The notes under the pieces: model-generated
What the model saw: the letters and a program-made list of their open reading frames with translations, nothing else
The model's database searches: none
What the model was told of the DNA's origin: nothing
NCBI GenBank assembly: GCA_963837425.1
Contig: CAWINH010000006.1
Span: forward strand, 260,494-324,493
DNA: 64,000 nt
Direction: 5' to 3'
From: an uncultured Chloroflexia bacterium
GTDB taxonomy: Bacteria > Chloroflexota > Limnocylindria > QHBO01
In this document: positions 1 to 10,208 of the stretch, piece after piece
How the letters are laid out: each line of letters starts with the position of its first letter
Numbering within the stretch: position 1 is the first letter of the stretch
Translations under genes and position numbers: made by a program

Positions 1-1135
1 GAACCACATGCCGGAGGTGATCGTCATCGACGAGATCGGCACCGAGCTCGAGGCGCAGGCGGCGCGGACGATCGCCGAACGCGGCGTCCAGCTGGTTGGC
101 ACCGCGCACGGCAACACGCTCGACAACCTCATGGTCAACCCGACCCTCTCGGATCTCGTCGGGGGGATCGCGCCGGTCACCCTCGGCGACGACGAGGCTC
201 GCCGGCGCGGCACCCAGAAGACGGTCCTCGAGCGCAAGGCGCCGCCGACCTTCGACGTGCTCGTCGAGATCGTCGAGCGCGATCACGTCATCGTCCATCG
301 CGACGTGGCCGAGACGGTGGACGCCATCCTGCGCGGGCACATGGTGCCCCCCGAGTCCCGCTGGCGCGAGGACGGCGAGGTCCGGGCGGCGACGAAGTAC
401 GACTATCGGATCAGCGAGACCGGGGCCGGCAACCCGGCCTTCGCGCCGCTCGAGCCGACCGGCGGCTACGGCGCCTTCAGCCGGGGGCGCGGTGGTGGTG
501 GGCCGGGGCTGCGTCCGCTCCCCGGGCGCGGCGCGGCGCGGCGTCTCGGTGCCGAAGGCGACGCTTCCGATGCGGGCTCGTCCGTCGGCGCGACCTTCGA
601 GGCCGATGAGGAGGAGCTCCTGAATCGACCGGTGGGCGCCGCCCGCCCGCGGGCCGGGCGGAATCATCGGCCCCTGAACCTGTTCGCCTTCGGGGTCAGC
701 CGCAAGCGGCTGGAGCAGTCGGCCCGCGAGCTCGGCGTGCCGGTGACCGTGGCCCGCGAGCCGGATGAGGCCGATGCCGTCGTCACCCTCCGCAACTACT
801 ACCGGCGCAAGCCGTCGGCGCTCCGCAACGCGGAGTCGAACGGGGTACCGATCTACGTCCTGAAGACGAACACGGTCCTCCAGATGGAGAACCTGATGGC
901 CAGCCTCTTCGACCTCGAGGCGGATCCGTCCGAGGCCGCGCTGCGCGAGACGGCCGAGGCGATCGGGCTCGTCCAGGCCTCCGGCCAGCCGATGGAGCTC
1001 ACCCCGCAGAACGCCTACATCCGTCGCCTCCAGCACCAGATGGCGGAGCGCAACGCCCTCATGAGCCGATCCCGCGGCGCGGAGCCGAACCGCCGCGTCG
1101 AGCTGCTGCCCAACGAGGGCCGAGCGTGGCGCTGA
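1..1135 (+). CDS. SpoIIIAA/Ycf45-like AAA ATPase with C-terminal R3H domain (5' partial)
   Basis: [13 protein letters not shown] (Walker B), [26 protein letters not shown]; C-terminal [16 protein letters not shown]3H motif; the frame is open from the window start. Confidence 0.85.
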   Translation, partial: NHMPEVIVIDEIGTELEAQAARTIAERGVQLVGTAHGNTLDNLMVNPTLSDLVGGIAPVTLGDDEARRRGTQKTVLERKAPPTFDVLVEIVERDHVIVHRDVAETVDAILRGHMVPPESRWREDGEVRAATKYDYRISETGAGNPAFAPLEPTGGYGAFSRGRGGGGPGLRPLPGRGAARRLGAEGDASDAGSSVGATFEADEEELLNRPVGAARPRAGRNHRPLNLFAFGVSRKRLEQSARELGVPVTVAREPDEADAVVTLRNYYRRKPSALRNAESNGVPIYVLKTNTVLQMENLMASLFDLEADPSEAALRETAEAIGLVQASGQPMELTPQNAYIRRLQHQMAERNALMSRSRGAEPNRRVELLPNEGRAWR

Positions 1136-1767
1136 GCCGGGGCCGGTTCATCACCCTCGAGGGGCCCGACGGCAGCGGCAAGACGACGGCGGCGCGCCAC
1201 CTCGCCGAGTGGCTTCGAGCCCGGGGCGATCCAACGATCCTCACCGGCGAGCCGGGCGGCACGCCGCTCGGCGACGAGATCCGGCGCCTCCTGCTCCACG
1301 CCCGGTCGATCTCCGACGACCTCGACCCGCGTGCCGACGCGCTCCTGTTCGCCGCGGCGCGTGCCCAGCACACCGCGCGCCTGATCCTGCCGGCGCTGCG
1401 CAACGGCCAGCACGTCGTGTGTGCGCGCTACCTCGACAGCTCGCTCGCGTACCAGGGCGCGGCGTACGGGAACGACATCGCCGAGCTCCGTCGCCTCCAG
1501 GCGTTCGCGACCCACGGCACGCTGCCCGACCTCACGATCCTCGTCGACGTCCCGGTGGAAGTCGGGCTGGCGCGCAAACGGCGCGGCGAGTGGAACCGCT
1601 TCGAGGACACCGAGGGCGCCGCCTTCTTCGAGACGGTGCGCCGTGCGTATCTCGAGCTTGCCGCCGCTGAGCCGGCGCGCTTCCGGGTCGTCGACGGCTC
1701 GGGGTCCGTGGAGGAAACCGACGCGCTCGTCCGCGAGATCGTGGAACCCATGCTGGACGGGCTTTGA
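1126..1767 (+). CDS. tmk: thymidylate kinase
   Basis: [15 protein letters not shown]-loop, [20 protein letters not shown]; GTG start overlaps the upstream stop. Confidence 0.93.
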   Translation: MALSRGRFITLEGPDGSGKTTAARHLAEWLRARGDPTILTGEPGGTPLGDEIRRLLLHARSISDDLDPRADALLFAAARAQHTARLILPALRNGQHVVCARYLDSSLAYQGAAYGNDIAELRRLQAFATHGTLPDLTILVDVPVEVGLARKRRGEWNRFEDTEGAAFFETVRRAYLELAAAEPARFRVVDGSGSVEETDALVREIVEPMLDGL

Positions 1768-1845
1768 GCCGCTCGTATACTCGGCCCCACGGGCCCGGCG
1801 AGCCGGATCGGCTCAGCCCGCATGCAAGAAGCAGGAGACCATCGC

Positions 1846-2232
1846 ATGCAACGACCAACGGGGATCACGATCCTCGCCATCCTGGCGGCGATCGGCGGTG
1901 TGCTGGGGCTCCTCGCCTCACTGGCCCTCCTGGGGCTCGGCACCTTGGTGGCCGCGACCACCGGGCTCGGCGGGTTCGCCGTGGTGGCCGGCCTCATCGG
2001 CCTCGTCTACTCGATCCTGAGCCTGATCCTGGCCTACGGGTTCTGGACCCTGAAGCCCTGGGCCTGGCCGCTCGGCGTCGCGGTCGAGGCGCTCGGGATT
2101 CTGGAGGCGCTGCTCTCGTTCGCGAACAACACGAACGGGGTGGCCAGCCTGATCATCAGCCTCGCGATCGCGGCCTTCATCCTCTGGTACCTCTTCCAGC
2201 CCCACGTCAAGACGGCGTTCGGGCGCGCCTGA
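1846..2232 (+). CDS. small 4-TM membrane protein
   Basis: GGAG RBS then MQRPTGITILAIL; four hydrophobic segments; ends YLFQPHVKTAFGRA. Confidence 0.75.
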   Translation: MQRPTGITILAILAAIGGVLGLLASLALLGLGTLVAATTGLGGFAVVAGLIGLVYSILSLILAYGFWTLKPWAWPLGVAVEALGILEALLSFANNTNGVASLIISLAIAAFILWYLFQPHVKTAFGRA

Positions 2233-2238
2233 GGAGAT

Positions 2239-3228
2239 TCAGCCGGAGAGGCTCACGCGGAGCTGCCCGACTCCGCCGGACAGGTCGAGATCGGCGCGAT
2301 TCTCGGCCTCGGCGTAGCCGGGCGACTCCCATCCGTCGGCGGAGCGCGGGATCCGGGGATCCACGACGGTGCTGCCCAGCGCCATCCGGCTCCGGATCCG
2401 GACCGCCACCCCGGCCGGCACCTCGAAGCTGAGTGACGCGGCGCCGGCCTCGGCGCGCACCTTCGTCTCCCCTCCGCTGCGCGGCAGGGCCACGCGAGTC
2501 TCGCTGGCCCCCGTCTGGAGGCGCAGCGACCGCACCTGCAGCTCCCCGAGGTCGAGCCGCGTTCGCGACGCGCCGCCCTCGATGTCGAGCTCGAGCGGGA
2601 CCTCGCCGGTGACGCCCATCTCCCAGCGCGGCCAGGCCCGGAACCATGGGGCATTCCAGCCACCCGGCGGACGCAGCTCTACGCTGCCGCTGCCGCTGAC
2701 GTGCTGGACCACGCCACCACCGAACTCGCCATCGACGAGGAGCCCCGCGGCGGCGCGCCCGACGGAGAGCTCCCCGCCACCGTGCCGGATCCGGACCGAT
2801 GCCCGGCTCGCATCACCCAGCGGCACGGCCAGCCGCTCGGTCGAGCCCGCCCGGGACGGGATCGCGGCAGCCACCAGCAACCAGAGGCCCAGCACGATGA
2901 CCGCCACCGGCCATCCACGATCGATGAGCCGGCCCGGCTCGACGCCGATGGTCCCGGTCGTGCTGAGGAGGAGCACCCCGCCGATCGCCGTGATCACCAG
3001 CGACCAGCCGGCTGACACGAAGAGGCCGGCGGCATCGCGTGGCTTGAACGGGAGGGTTGCCAGGCTCACGACCCCGACCAGGATCACGAAGAGCGGCCAG
3101 GCCTCCCCCCACGGACGGTCGATCCACTGCTGAACGAGGAAGACGGCGCCGATGCCGATGAGCCACAGCGCACCGATCGTCGTCCCGCTTCGAGCTTCAC
3201 TGCGTCGGGCGCCGAACATGATCGGCAC
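2239..3228 (-). CDS. LiaF-like membrane protein with C-terminal beta-solenoid (toast-rack-like) domain
   Basis: WPLFVILVG and WPVAVIVLG LiaF-type TM repeats, then repeated GGGEL/GGASR/TGASE/AGAAS strands. Confidence 0.7.
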   Translation of the reverse strand: MPIMFGARRSEARSGTTIGALWLIGIGAVFLVQQWIDRPWGEAWPLFVILVGVVSLATLPFKPRDAAGLFVSAGWSLVITAIGGVLLLSTTGTIGVEPGRLIDRGWPVAVIVLGLWLLVAAAIPSRAGSTERLAVPLGDASRASVRIRHGGGELSVGRAAAGLLVDGEFGGGVVQHVSGSGSVELRPPGGWNAPWFRAWPRWEMGVTGEVPLELDIEGGASRTRLDLGELQVRSLRLQTGASETRVALPRSGGETKVRAEAGAASLSFEVPAGVAVRIRSRMALGSTVVDPRIPRSADGWESPGYAEAENRADLDLSGGVGQLRVSLSG

Positions 3229-3272
3229 AGCCTAGCCCTTCGAGGCCCGCTGCGGCATAATCGCCGTCAACC

Positions 3273-3602
3273 ATGAAGCTCGTCACCGCCATCGTGCATA
3301 ACGAGGATGCCGGCAACCTCGTGGACGCCCTGCTCGAGAAGGAGTACCGGGCGACCCGCTTCAACTCGTCCGGCGGTTTCCTCAAGCAGGGGAACGCCAC
3401 GATCCTGGTCGGCGTCGAAGACGAGCAGGTAGACGGCGTTCTCGAGGTGATCAAGGCCAACTGCCACTCGCGGAAGCAGTTCGTGAACCCCATGCCGCCG
3501 ATCATGGAACCCGGCGAGTTCTACATGCCGTACCCGGTCGAGGTGGAGGTGGGCGGCGCCACCGTGTTCGTGCTGCCGGTCGACCGCTTCGAGCGCCTGT
3601 AG
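3273..3602 (+). CDS. darA: PII-like cyclic-di-AMP receptor (DarA/PstA family)
   Basis: MKLVTAIVHNED, SSGGFLKQGNATILVG, EVEVGGATVFV; near tmk as in Firmicutes. Confidence 0.88.
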   Translation: MKLVTAIVHNEDAGNLVDALLEKEYRATRFNSSGGFLKQGNATILVGVEDEQVDGVLEVIKANCHSRKQFVNPMPPIMEPGEFYMPYPVEVEVGGATVFVLPVDRFERL

Positions 3603-3614
3603 CCCGGCGACACC

Positions 3615-4196
3615 ATGGCCAAGGCCGCCTGGGCCGATGCGCTCGCCGAGCGGGCGCCCGATATCGTCGCCGTCTGGCGCGCAATCGACGACGGGATGGT
3701 GGCCTGCCGCCGCGAGCTCCGCCGCCGCACCCCGGCCGGCAGCGCGCTGGAGATCCTGTCGCAGACCGACGCGGTGGCCGATGCGCTCGCCGAGGTCCTC
3801 GACGCCATGCCCGAGGCAGCGCTGCGGCTCCCGGGCGGCGAAGCGGACTGGAACGTGGCGCAGGCCTTCAGCCACACGACCGGCGCCCGCCGATACCTGG
3901 CCATGGTCGGTGCCGCGGCCGCCAGCGGAGCGTGGCCGGAGCGCCCGTTCGAGATCACGCCCGGCGTCCCGGGCCCCGCGGACGCAGACGTGGCGACGCT
4001 GCGCACTCTCCTCGCCAAGAGCCGACGCAGCATGGCCGCCTCGGCGAGCGCCATCGCCGGGCACGAGACCGACCCCTGCCCGGTCGACCACCCGCTGGTC
4101 GGGCACCGGCTGCGTTGCGGTGAGTGGCTCCTCTTCACCGGGGTCCACGACCTCATGCATCTCGAGCAGCTCCATCGCATCGCGCGCGGTGGCTGA
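3615..4196 (+). CDS. DinB-superfamily protein
   Basis: WNVAQAFSH ... HPLVG ... HDLMHLEQL metal-His pattern. Confidence 0.75.
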   Translation: MAKAAWADALAERAPDIVAVWRAIDDGMVACRRELRRRTPAGSALEILSQTDAVADALAEVLDAMPEAALRLPGGEADWNVAQAFSHTTGARRYLAMVGAAAASGAWPERPFEITPGVPGPADADVATLRTLLAKSRRSMAASASAIAGHETDPCPVDHPLVGHRLRCGEWLLFTGVHDLMHLEQLHRIARGG

Positions 4197-5328
4197 GCGC
4201 CCGGCGCCGCTCGTCCTGCTCCCCGCCGGGGCGCCAACCGAGCCGTCCTTCGGTTCCCAAGCCGCGGTCCTCGAGACGGGGCGCCGGCTCCTGGCGGCGG
4301 AGCTGTCGCGACGGTTCTCGGCACTTGGCGCAGCCGTGCGGCCGCTCCCGCCGGACGAGTCCGCTGACGTGAAGACATTCCACTGGGGGCGCTGGTTCGT
4401 CGGCGCCGCCCGGCGTGAGCTGGCCGCTGCCTCCGCGTCCGACGGTGAGCCGGACGCGATCGGCTTCGCCGGCGCCGGGTCGCTCGCCCTGGCCGGGGAC
4501 ACCCTGCTGGACGAGCTGCTCTCGCCGATCCCGGGCGAGTTCGTGGCCAACAACCGCTACAGCGCGGACGCCTTCGTCGTCGCCGGCGACCTCGGCCGCG
4601 CCCTCGACGCGTTGGCCACCTGTCCCACCGACAACCTCGCTCCGCGCGTCCTGGCCGACGCGGGCTTCGCCATCCGCGACCTCTCGGGCTCGCCCTGGTC
4701 GCGGTTCGACGTCGACACGCCGCTCGACCTCGCGCTCCTCCGTCTCGCCTCCCGCCTCCCCGGAGTTCGCGCCCTCGATCCCACCCTGGCCGGTTTCCTC
4801 GAGATGGCCACCCTGCCCGGCGGCGGCCGGCTCGAGGTCCCCCGCCTCGGGGAGCTCGGCGAGGTGGTGCGGGATCGGGACGCGGAGCTCGTGCTCGCCG
4901 GACGGGTGCCGGCCAGCACGCTGGCCTGGCTCGAGACGGAGACGGCGTGCCGCGTGCGCGCCTTCGTCGAGGAGCGCGGGATGCGTGCGGCGCCGGGTGG
5001 CACCCCTCGCTCGCTCCTCGCGTACCTGCTGCGAGACGCCGGTCCGGGTCGGCTCGTGAACGAGCTGGCGCATCTTGGTGACGGGGTGATCCTCGACAGC
5101 CGGGTGCTGATGGCCGCGCGGGCGGGCTCCGCGGACGCCGCGGCCTGGCCGCCGGCCGAGGAGCGGTTCGCCTCGGACTTCGGGGACGCCGCGCGAGTCT
5201 CGACGTCGTGGCTCGCCGAGCTCACCCGCGCCGCGGCCGAGGCGCCGGTGCCCGTGCTGCTCGGCGGCCACGGGCTCGTCAGCGACGGGATCCGAATCCT
5301 CGTCGGAACGGCCTGGCTCGGCCACTGA
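4189..5328 (+). CDS. hypothetical protein, N-terminal part weakly CofC/GT-A nucleotidyltransferase-like
   Basis: GTG at 4189 overlaps the DinB stop; contains ANNRYSAD and RFDVDTPLDL, similar to the CofC DxDTPxDL motif. Confidence 0.55.
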   Translation: MAERPAPLVLLPAGAPTEPSFGSQAAVLETGRRLLAAELSRRFSALGAAVRPLPPDESADVKTFHWGRWFVGAARRELAAASASDGEPDAIGFAGAGSLALAGDTLLDELLSPIPGEFVANNRYSADAFVVAGDLGRALDALATCPTDNLAPRVLADAGFAIRDLSGSPWSRFDVDTPLDLALLRLASRLPGVRALDPTLAGFLEMATLPGGGRLEVPRLGELGEVVRDRDAELVLAGRVPASTLAWLETETACRVRAFVEERGMRAAPGGTPRSLLAYLLRDAGPGRLVNELAHLGDGVILDSRVLMAARAGSADAAAWPPAEERFASDFGDAARVSTSWLAELTRAAAEAPVPVLLGGHGLVSDGIRILVGTAWLGH

Positions 5329-5362
5329 CCGCAGGGCCCGCGGCCGACGCGCCGCAGGTGGA

Positions 5363-5372
5363 CTGCTAGACT
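5363..5372 (+). promoter_or_regulatory. extended -10-like promoter element of the nuoA operon
   Basis: TGCTAGACT about 125 nt upstream of nuoA; the same motif recurs upstream of several genes in the window. Confidence 0.45.
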
Positions 5373-5496
5373 GTCATCGAGGCGGAAACGCCTGAGAAAC
5401 GCAACGTGAAGAAGCCGCCAGACGCGCGAGCCAGCGGCGGATGCCTCGGAGTGCGCCGCCCGCATCGGCCCGCCTGTCGAGCGCAACGGAGCTGAC

Positions 5497-5856
5497 ATGG
5501 ACCAGACCGGGTTGATCTACGTCCTGGGATTTGGGTTCGCCGCGACCACCTTCGTCTTCGCGACGATCCTCTTCTCGTGGCTGATCACCCACCGGCGCCA
5601 CCGACCGCAGAAGGGGCTGCCGTACGAGTGCGGGATCGACACGATCGGCGACACCTGGAGCCGGTTCGGTCTCGCGTTCTACCTGTACGCGCTCCTGTTC
5701 GTCGCCTTCGACGTGGAGATCATCTTCGTCTACCTGTGGGCGATCACGGTGCGTGCCGTGGCCGGGCAGGGGATCATCGCCATCGGCCTGTTCCTCGTCA
5801 TCCTCCTGTTCGGTGAGCTCTACGCCTGGCGGAAGGGAGACCTGCGATGGCAGTAG
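5497..5856 (+). CDS. nuoA: NADH-quinone oxidoreductase subunit A
   Basis: [29 protein letters not shown]. Confidence 0.95.
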   Translation: MDQTGLIYVLGFGFAATTFVFATILFSWLITHRRHRPQKGLPYECGIDTIGDTWSRFGLAFYLYALLFVAFDVEIIFVYLWAITVRAVAGQGIIAIGLFLVILLFGELYAWRKGDLRWQ

Positions 5857-6483
5857 AGGATCGAGAGCGGACCGGGCGCCACGTCGCCCATCGTCATTCC
5901 CGACCAGGCGGCGGGCGACGAGCTGCTCCGCGAGTTCGGGATGGAGGAGCATCCGAAGGGCGGCTTCCACGGCCTGCTCGAGGTGATCCCGACCCGCGCG
6001 GACTGGCTGCTGGACCTGATCCGGGCCAACTCCCTGTGGCCGCTCCTGTCGGGCCTGTCGTGCTGCGCCATCGAGATGATGAGCACGGCCACCGCCAAGA
6101 ACGACATCGACCGATTCGGGATGTTCCCGTTCCGCGCCAGCCCGCGGCAGGCGGACGTCCTGATCGTGGCGGGAACCCTGACGACGAAGATGGCCGGGCC
6201 GCTCGTGCGCCTGTGGGAGCAGATGCCCGAGCCGAAGTGGTGCGTGGCGATGGGCACCTGCACGACGAGCGGCGGTCGCTTCAAGCGCAGCTACAGCGTC
6301 GTCCAGGGCGTGGATCGGGTCATGCCCGTGGACGTCTACGTCCCCGGCTGCCCGCCGCGACCGGAGGGCCTGATCTACGGCCTCGTGAAGCTCCAGGAGC
6401 TCGTGAAGCAACGCCGTGGCCAGTGGCCCACCTACGTCGACCGCGGCCCGCAGCGCATCGCGTGGGAAGGAGACGTGCGCTGA
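5847..6483 (+). CDS. nuoB: NADH-quinone oxidoreductase subunit B (probable indel near 5859; called ORF 5941-6483)
   Basis: [35 protein letters not shown]; the ATG at 5847 overlapping the nuoA end is one base out of frame with the coding-like [14 protein letters not shown] stretch. Confidence 0.92.
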
Positions 6484-7055
6484 CCGCCCCCGCAGCCGCC
6501 GGGGCGCTGGTCCGCGCCCTCACCGAACGCCATCCGGAGCTCGCCGCCGGCCTGTGGACGGACCCCGACACCGTCGAGATCACGGTGCCCGGGGACCGGA
6601 ACGTCGAGCTGCTCCGCGAGCTCCGGGACGACCCGGACCTCCACTTCTGGTACCTGGCCGATGCCGCCGCCGTGGACTACGGTCCCGGCGAGCGCTTCGA
6701 GGTCGTCTACCACCTCTATTCCGATCGCCATCCGGCCTGGCTGCGCGTGCGGGCCACGGTCGACCGCGGCAGCCCGCACATCCCGACCATCACCGGTCTG
6801 TGGCCCGGCGCGATGTTCCACGAGCGCGAGATGTACGACATGATGGGGATCGTCTTCGACGGGAACCGGGACCTGCGGCGCATCTTCATGTCGCCCGACT
6901 ACCGCAGCTTCCCGCAGCGCAGGGACTTCCTGCTCCCCGATGACGCGGCCGACTCGCCGGCGGCCGGCGTGAACCCGCTCGAACGGCCGGAGACCTGGGA
7001 GCTGTCGCAGGTCACCCGCGAGCTCGGCGACGAGAGCCCAGGGGGCGCAACGTGA
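6480..7055 (+). CDS. nuoC: NADH-quinone oxidoreductase subunit C (probable CTG start)
   Basis: [36 protein letters not shown]; AAGGAG RBS and CTGA overlap with the nuoB stop. Confidence 0.9.
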   Translation: MTAPAAAGALVRALTERHPELAAGLWTDPDTVEITVPGDRNVELLRELRDDPDLHFWYLADAAAVDYGPGERFEVVYHLYSDRHPAWLRVRATVDRGSPHIPTITGLWPGAMFHEREMYDMMGIVFDGNRDLRRIFMSPDYRSFPQRRDFLLPDDAADSPAAGVNPLERPETWELSQVTRELGDESPGGAT

Positions 7056-8335
7056 CGACGACCGATCGCGAGACGGAGATCCGCGACCCGATCGACCTCG
7101 ACCGGGAAGAGGAGGCGCGCCTGCAGGCGGCCGCCGGCCTGGGCCCGCAACGTCCGGCATCGGTGGAGTACGCCGGCTTCGACACGGTCAGCGTCCCGGA
7201 TCGGCCGCCCCAGACCGAGCGCGAGCGAGAGCTCTTCACCCTCGACGAGGGCGAGATGCTCATGAACATGGGGCCGCAGCACCCCTCCACGCACGGCGTC
7301 ATGCGGCTGCTCCTCAAGGTCCGCGGCGAGATCGTCACCGACATCGACCCCGTGCTCGGCTACCTCCATCGCGGGATCGAAAAGCTCTGCGAGAACGCGA
7401 CCTACACGACGGTCCTTACCTACGTCGATCCCATGGACTACATGTCCTCGATGCACAACGAGCACGCCCCGGCGATCGCCTTCGAGAAGCTGTACGGGAT
7501 CCGCGCCCCGCGGCGGGCCGAGTACATCCGCGCCCTCGTCGTGGAGCTGAACCGCGTCTTCAGCCACGGCCTGATGGTGGGCTTCCTGGCCCTCGACATG
7601 GGCGGCATCACGCCGATCCTCTACGGCTTCATCAACCGCGACGAAACGGTCGAGCTGCTCGCGGCCATCAGCGGCCAGCGGATGCTCTTCAACTTCTTCC
7701 GGGTCGGCGGGGTGAACTGGGACGTCAACGACGAGTTCATCAACCGCCTCTCGCGCTGGCGCGTGAACATCGGCAAGGCGATCCGGGACAACGAGGCGCT
7801 CGTCACCCAGAACGAGATCTTCACCGCGCGGACCAGGGGGATGGGCAGGCTCTCAGCGGAGCAGGCCATTGGCCTCGGCGTCTCGGGGCCGAACCTCCGT
7901 GCGTCGGGGGTCCCGTTCGACGTGCGCAAAGCGCACCCCTACTCGATCTATTCGGAGCTCGAGTTCGAGGTCGTAACCCAGCAGGGGGGCGACGTGTACG
8001 CGCGTTACCTCCAGCGCATCGCCGAGCTCAAGCAGAGCCTGAGCCTGATCGACCAGATCGTGGATCGCATGCCGCACGGCCCGGTGCAGGCCCAGGTGCC
8101 GGGGATCATCCGACCGCGGCCGGGACGGGCGTACGCGGCGATCGAATCGCCGCGCGGCCTGTACTCCGTCTACGCCATCAGCGACGGCGGCCCGACTCCG
8201 TACCGCTTCCGGATGCGCGACCCGAGCTACGTGTCGCTGCAGGTGATGCCGGTCCTCATGCCCGGTCATCTCGTCGCCGACACGATGGCGATCATGGCCA
8301 GCCTGGACCCGATCATGGGCGGGGTGGACAAGTAG
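7052..8335 (+). CDS. nuoD: NADH-quinone oxidoreductase subunit D
   Basis: NMGPQHPSTHGVMRL, GYLHRGIEK, SGPNLRASG, ESPRG, SLDPIMGGVDK. Confidence 0.96.
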   Translation: MTTTDRETEIRDPIDLDREEEARLQAAAGLGPQRPASVEYAGFDTVSVPDRPPQTERERELFTLDEGEMLMNMGPQHPSTHGVMRLLLKVRGEIVTDIDPVLGYLHRGIEKLCENATYTTVLTYVDPMDYMSSMHNEHAPAIAFEKLYGIRAPRRAEYIRALVVELNRVFSHGLMVGFLALDMGGITPILYGFINRDETVELLAAISGQRMLFNFFRVGGVNWDVNDEFINRLSRWRVNIGKAIRDNEALVTQNEIFTARTRGMGRLSAEQAIGLGVSGPNLRASGVPFDVRKAHPYSIYSELEFEVVTQQGGDVYARYLQRIAELKQSLSLIDQIVDRMPHGPVQAQVPGIIRPRPGRAYAAIESPRGLYSVYAISDGGPTPYRFRMRDPSYVSLQVMPVLMPGHLVADTMAIMASLDPIMGGVDK

Positions 8336-9352
8336 ATGGATCTCAGCCTGCTGCTCGGGATCGGGCGCTTCATCCTGGCCACCACCCTGCTCCTGGTCCT
8401 CACCATCCCCACCGCGTTCGTCATCATCCAGATGGAGCTCAAGGTGATCGCCCTCATGCAGCTCCGCCTGGGTCCGAACCGGGTCGGCCCGCGCGGGATG
8501 TTCCAGAGCACGATCCACGGCTTCAAGGTGCTCGCCAAGGAGGACGTCACTCCCGACCAGGCCGACCGGCCGACCTTCACCATGGCTCCCTGGATCGTCT
8601 ATATGGCGGCCGCCATGAGCCTGCTCGTCATTCCGTTCGCGCCCGGGCTGGTGGCGTTCGACTCGCAGATCAGCGTCGTCTACTTCTTCGCGGTGCTGGG
8701 ACTCTCGGTGGTCGGACTGCTGGTGGCCGGCTGGGCGAGCTACAACAAGTACTCGCTCCTCGGCGGCCTGCGCAGCGCGGCGCAGATGGTGAGCTACGAG
8801 ATTCCGCTCACGCTGTCGGTGGTGGGGATCGTCATCCTCACCGGGTCCCTCTCGTTCACCGAGATCATCGCCTGGCAGGCGCAGCACGGCTGGACGGTCC
8901 TGTGGCAGATCCCGACCCTGGCCTTCCCGGTCTTCTACATCGCCGCGCTGGCCGAGATCAACCGCACCCCGTTCGACATGGTCGAGGCCGACTCCGAGAT
9001 CGTGGCCGGCTTCGCGACCGAGTACTCGGGGATGCGCTTCGGGTTCTTCTTCTTCGCCGAGTACGTCGCCCTCTTCATCATGAGCGCGGCCATGGTCACC
9101 CTCTTCTTCGGCGGGTGGCTCGCGCCGTGGCCCTTCCCCGCGCAGCTCGACGGCTTCATCGGGACGCTCTACGGCCTCGTCTGGTTCTTCGGCAAGAGCT
9201 ACTTCTTCGTGTTCGTCGCGGTCTGGCTGCGGACGACACTGCCGCGCGCCCGCGTCGACCAGCTCATGGGGCTGGCCTGGAAGGTCCTCCTGCCGCTGGC
9301 GCTCGTGAACCTGTTCATCACCGCGGGGATCGTCCTGTGGTTCAACCTGTGA
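8336..9352 (+). CDS. nuoH: NADH-quinone oxidoreductase subunit H
   Basis: QLRLGPNRVGP, GGLRSAAQMVSYE, AEINRTPFD..EADSEIVAGFATEYSG. Confidence 0.96.
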   Translation: MDLSLLLGIGRFILATTLLLVLTIPTAFVIIQMELKVIALMQLRLGPNRVGPRGMFQSTIHGFKVLAKEDVTPDQADRPTFTMAPWIVYMAAAMSLLVIPFAPGLVAFDSQISVVYFFAVLGLSVVGLLVAGWASYNKYSLLGGLRSAAQMVSYEIPLTLSVVGIVILTGSLSFTEIIAWQAQHGWTVLWQIPTLAFPVFYIAALAEINRTPFDMVEADSEIVAGFATEYSGMRFGFFFFAEYVALFIMSAAMVTLFFGGWLAPWPFPAQLDGFIGTLYGLVWFFGKSYFFVFVAVWLRTTLPRARVDQLMGLAWKVLLPLALVNLFITAGIVLWFNL

Positions 9353-9367
9353 GAGGGGCGTAGCGAG

Positions 9368-10204
9368 ATGGCAATCCCGGGCACCGGCATCGTCAAGGGG
9401 ATGACCACCACCCTGCGCAACCTGTTCGCGCCCAAGGTGACGCGCCAGTACCCCGATGAGCGGCCGCAGATGCCGGAACGCTGGCGCGGACGGCTGGACC
9501 TCATCTACGACCCGTTCGGCGAGCACAAGTGCGAGGTCTGCTTCCAGTGCGCGCAGGTCTGCCCGGTCGAGGCCATCGACATGAGCGGCTTCGACGTGCA
9601 GGGCAACCGGATCCGGTATGGCATGCCGGAGATCTACGACGAGCGCAAGGACCCGAACGCCTATCGGCGGGCCGGGCTTGCCGCGGAGCCGATGCGCAAC
9701 GCGGCGCGCTGGGAGGAGGAGGTCGACGGCGCGTGGCTCGCCGACGTCATCGAAGGCTTCGGCGCGCGACCCGAGTCGCTCGTCGCGATCTTCACCGCCA
9801 TCGAGCAGCGCTACGGTTACCTACCCGAGCGCGCGCTGCGCCAGGTGAGCGACACGATGACGATCCACTGGGCGCAGGTCTTCGGCGCCGCCGGGCTCGG
9901 CGGGTTCCGGCTGCTGCCGGCCGAGGGGCACCTCGTCACCGTCTGCACCTGCCCGGCCTGTTACTTCGCCGGCGGCGGCGAGCTTCTGGAGGCGATCAGC
10001 GAGGAGCTCGGCATCCGGCCCGGTGAGTCGACGTCGGACGGCGCGTTCAGCCTCGAGACCTCCGAGGAGGTCGGGGCCGGGGCGCTGGCGCCCGCGATCC
10101 GCATCGACACGCTCGTCTACGGCCCGCTCGACGCCGAGCGGGCGCTCCACCTCATCTCCGAGCGTCGCCGCGCCCGTCGGCGCGCCGCGACGGCGGCGAG
10201 CTGA
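9368..10204 (+). CDS. fusion of NuoI N-terminal half and a degenerate NuoE/HydC-like domain
   Basis: Residues 1-72 are NuoI-like (GMTTTLRNLF.PKVTRQYP, RWRGR, one CEVCFQCAQVCP); the C-terminal part is NuoE-like (YGYLP, VCTCPAC, GESTSDGAFSLE, ALAPAI). Confidence 0.88.
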   Translation: MAIPGTGIVKGMTTTLRNLFAPKVTRQYPDERPQMPERWRGRLDLIYDPFGEHKCEVCFQCAQVCPVEAIDMSGFDVQGNRIRYGMPEIYDERKDPNAYRRAGLAAEPMRNAARWEEEVDGAWLADVIEGFGARPESLVAIFTAIEQRYGYLPERALRQVSDTMTIHWAQVFGAAGLGGFRLLPAEGHLVTVCTCPACYFAGGGELLEAISEELGIRPGESTSDGAFSLETSEEVGAGALAPAIRIDTLVYGPLDAERALHLISERRRARRRAATAAS

Positions 10205-10208
10205 GGCG

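Noticed and set aside
5373-5496. Riboswitch or Rex operator in the nuoA leader
   Set aside because: I could not recognise an aptamer, a terminator or a TTGTGAA-N4-TTCACAA palindrome.
5854-5941. nuoA TAG is in frame with nuoB, suggesting amber readthrough or a NuoA-NuoB fusion
   Set aside because: An ATG overlapping the nuoA end (5847) is the usual nuoA/nuoB junction; a small indel explains the frame more simply, and no pyrrolysine machinery is visible.
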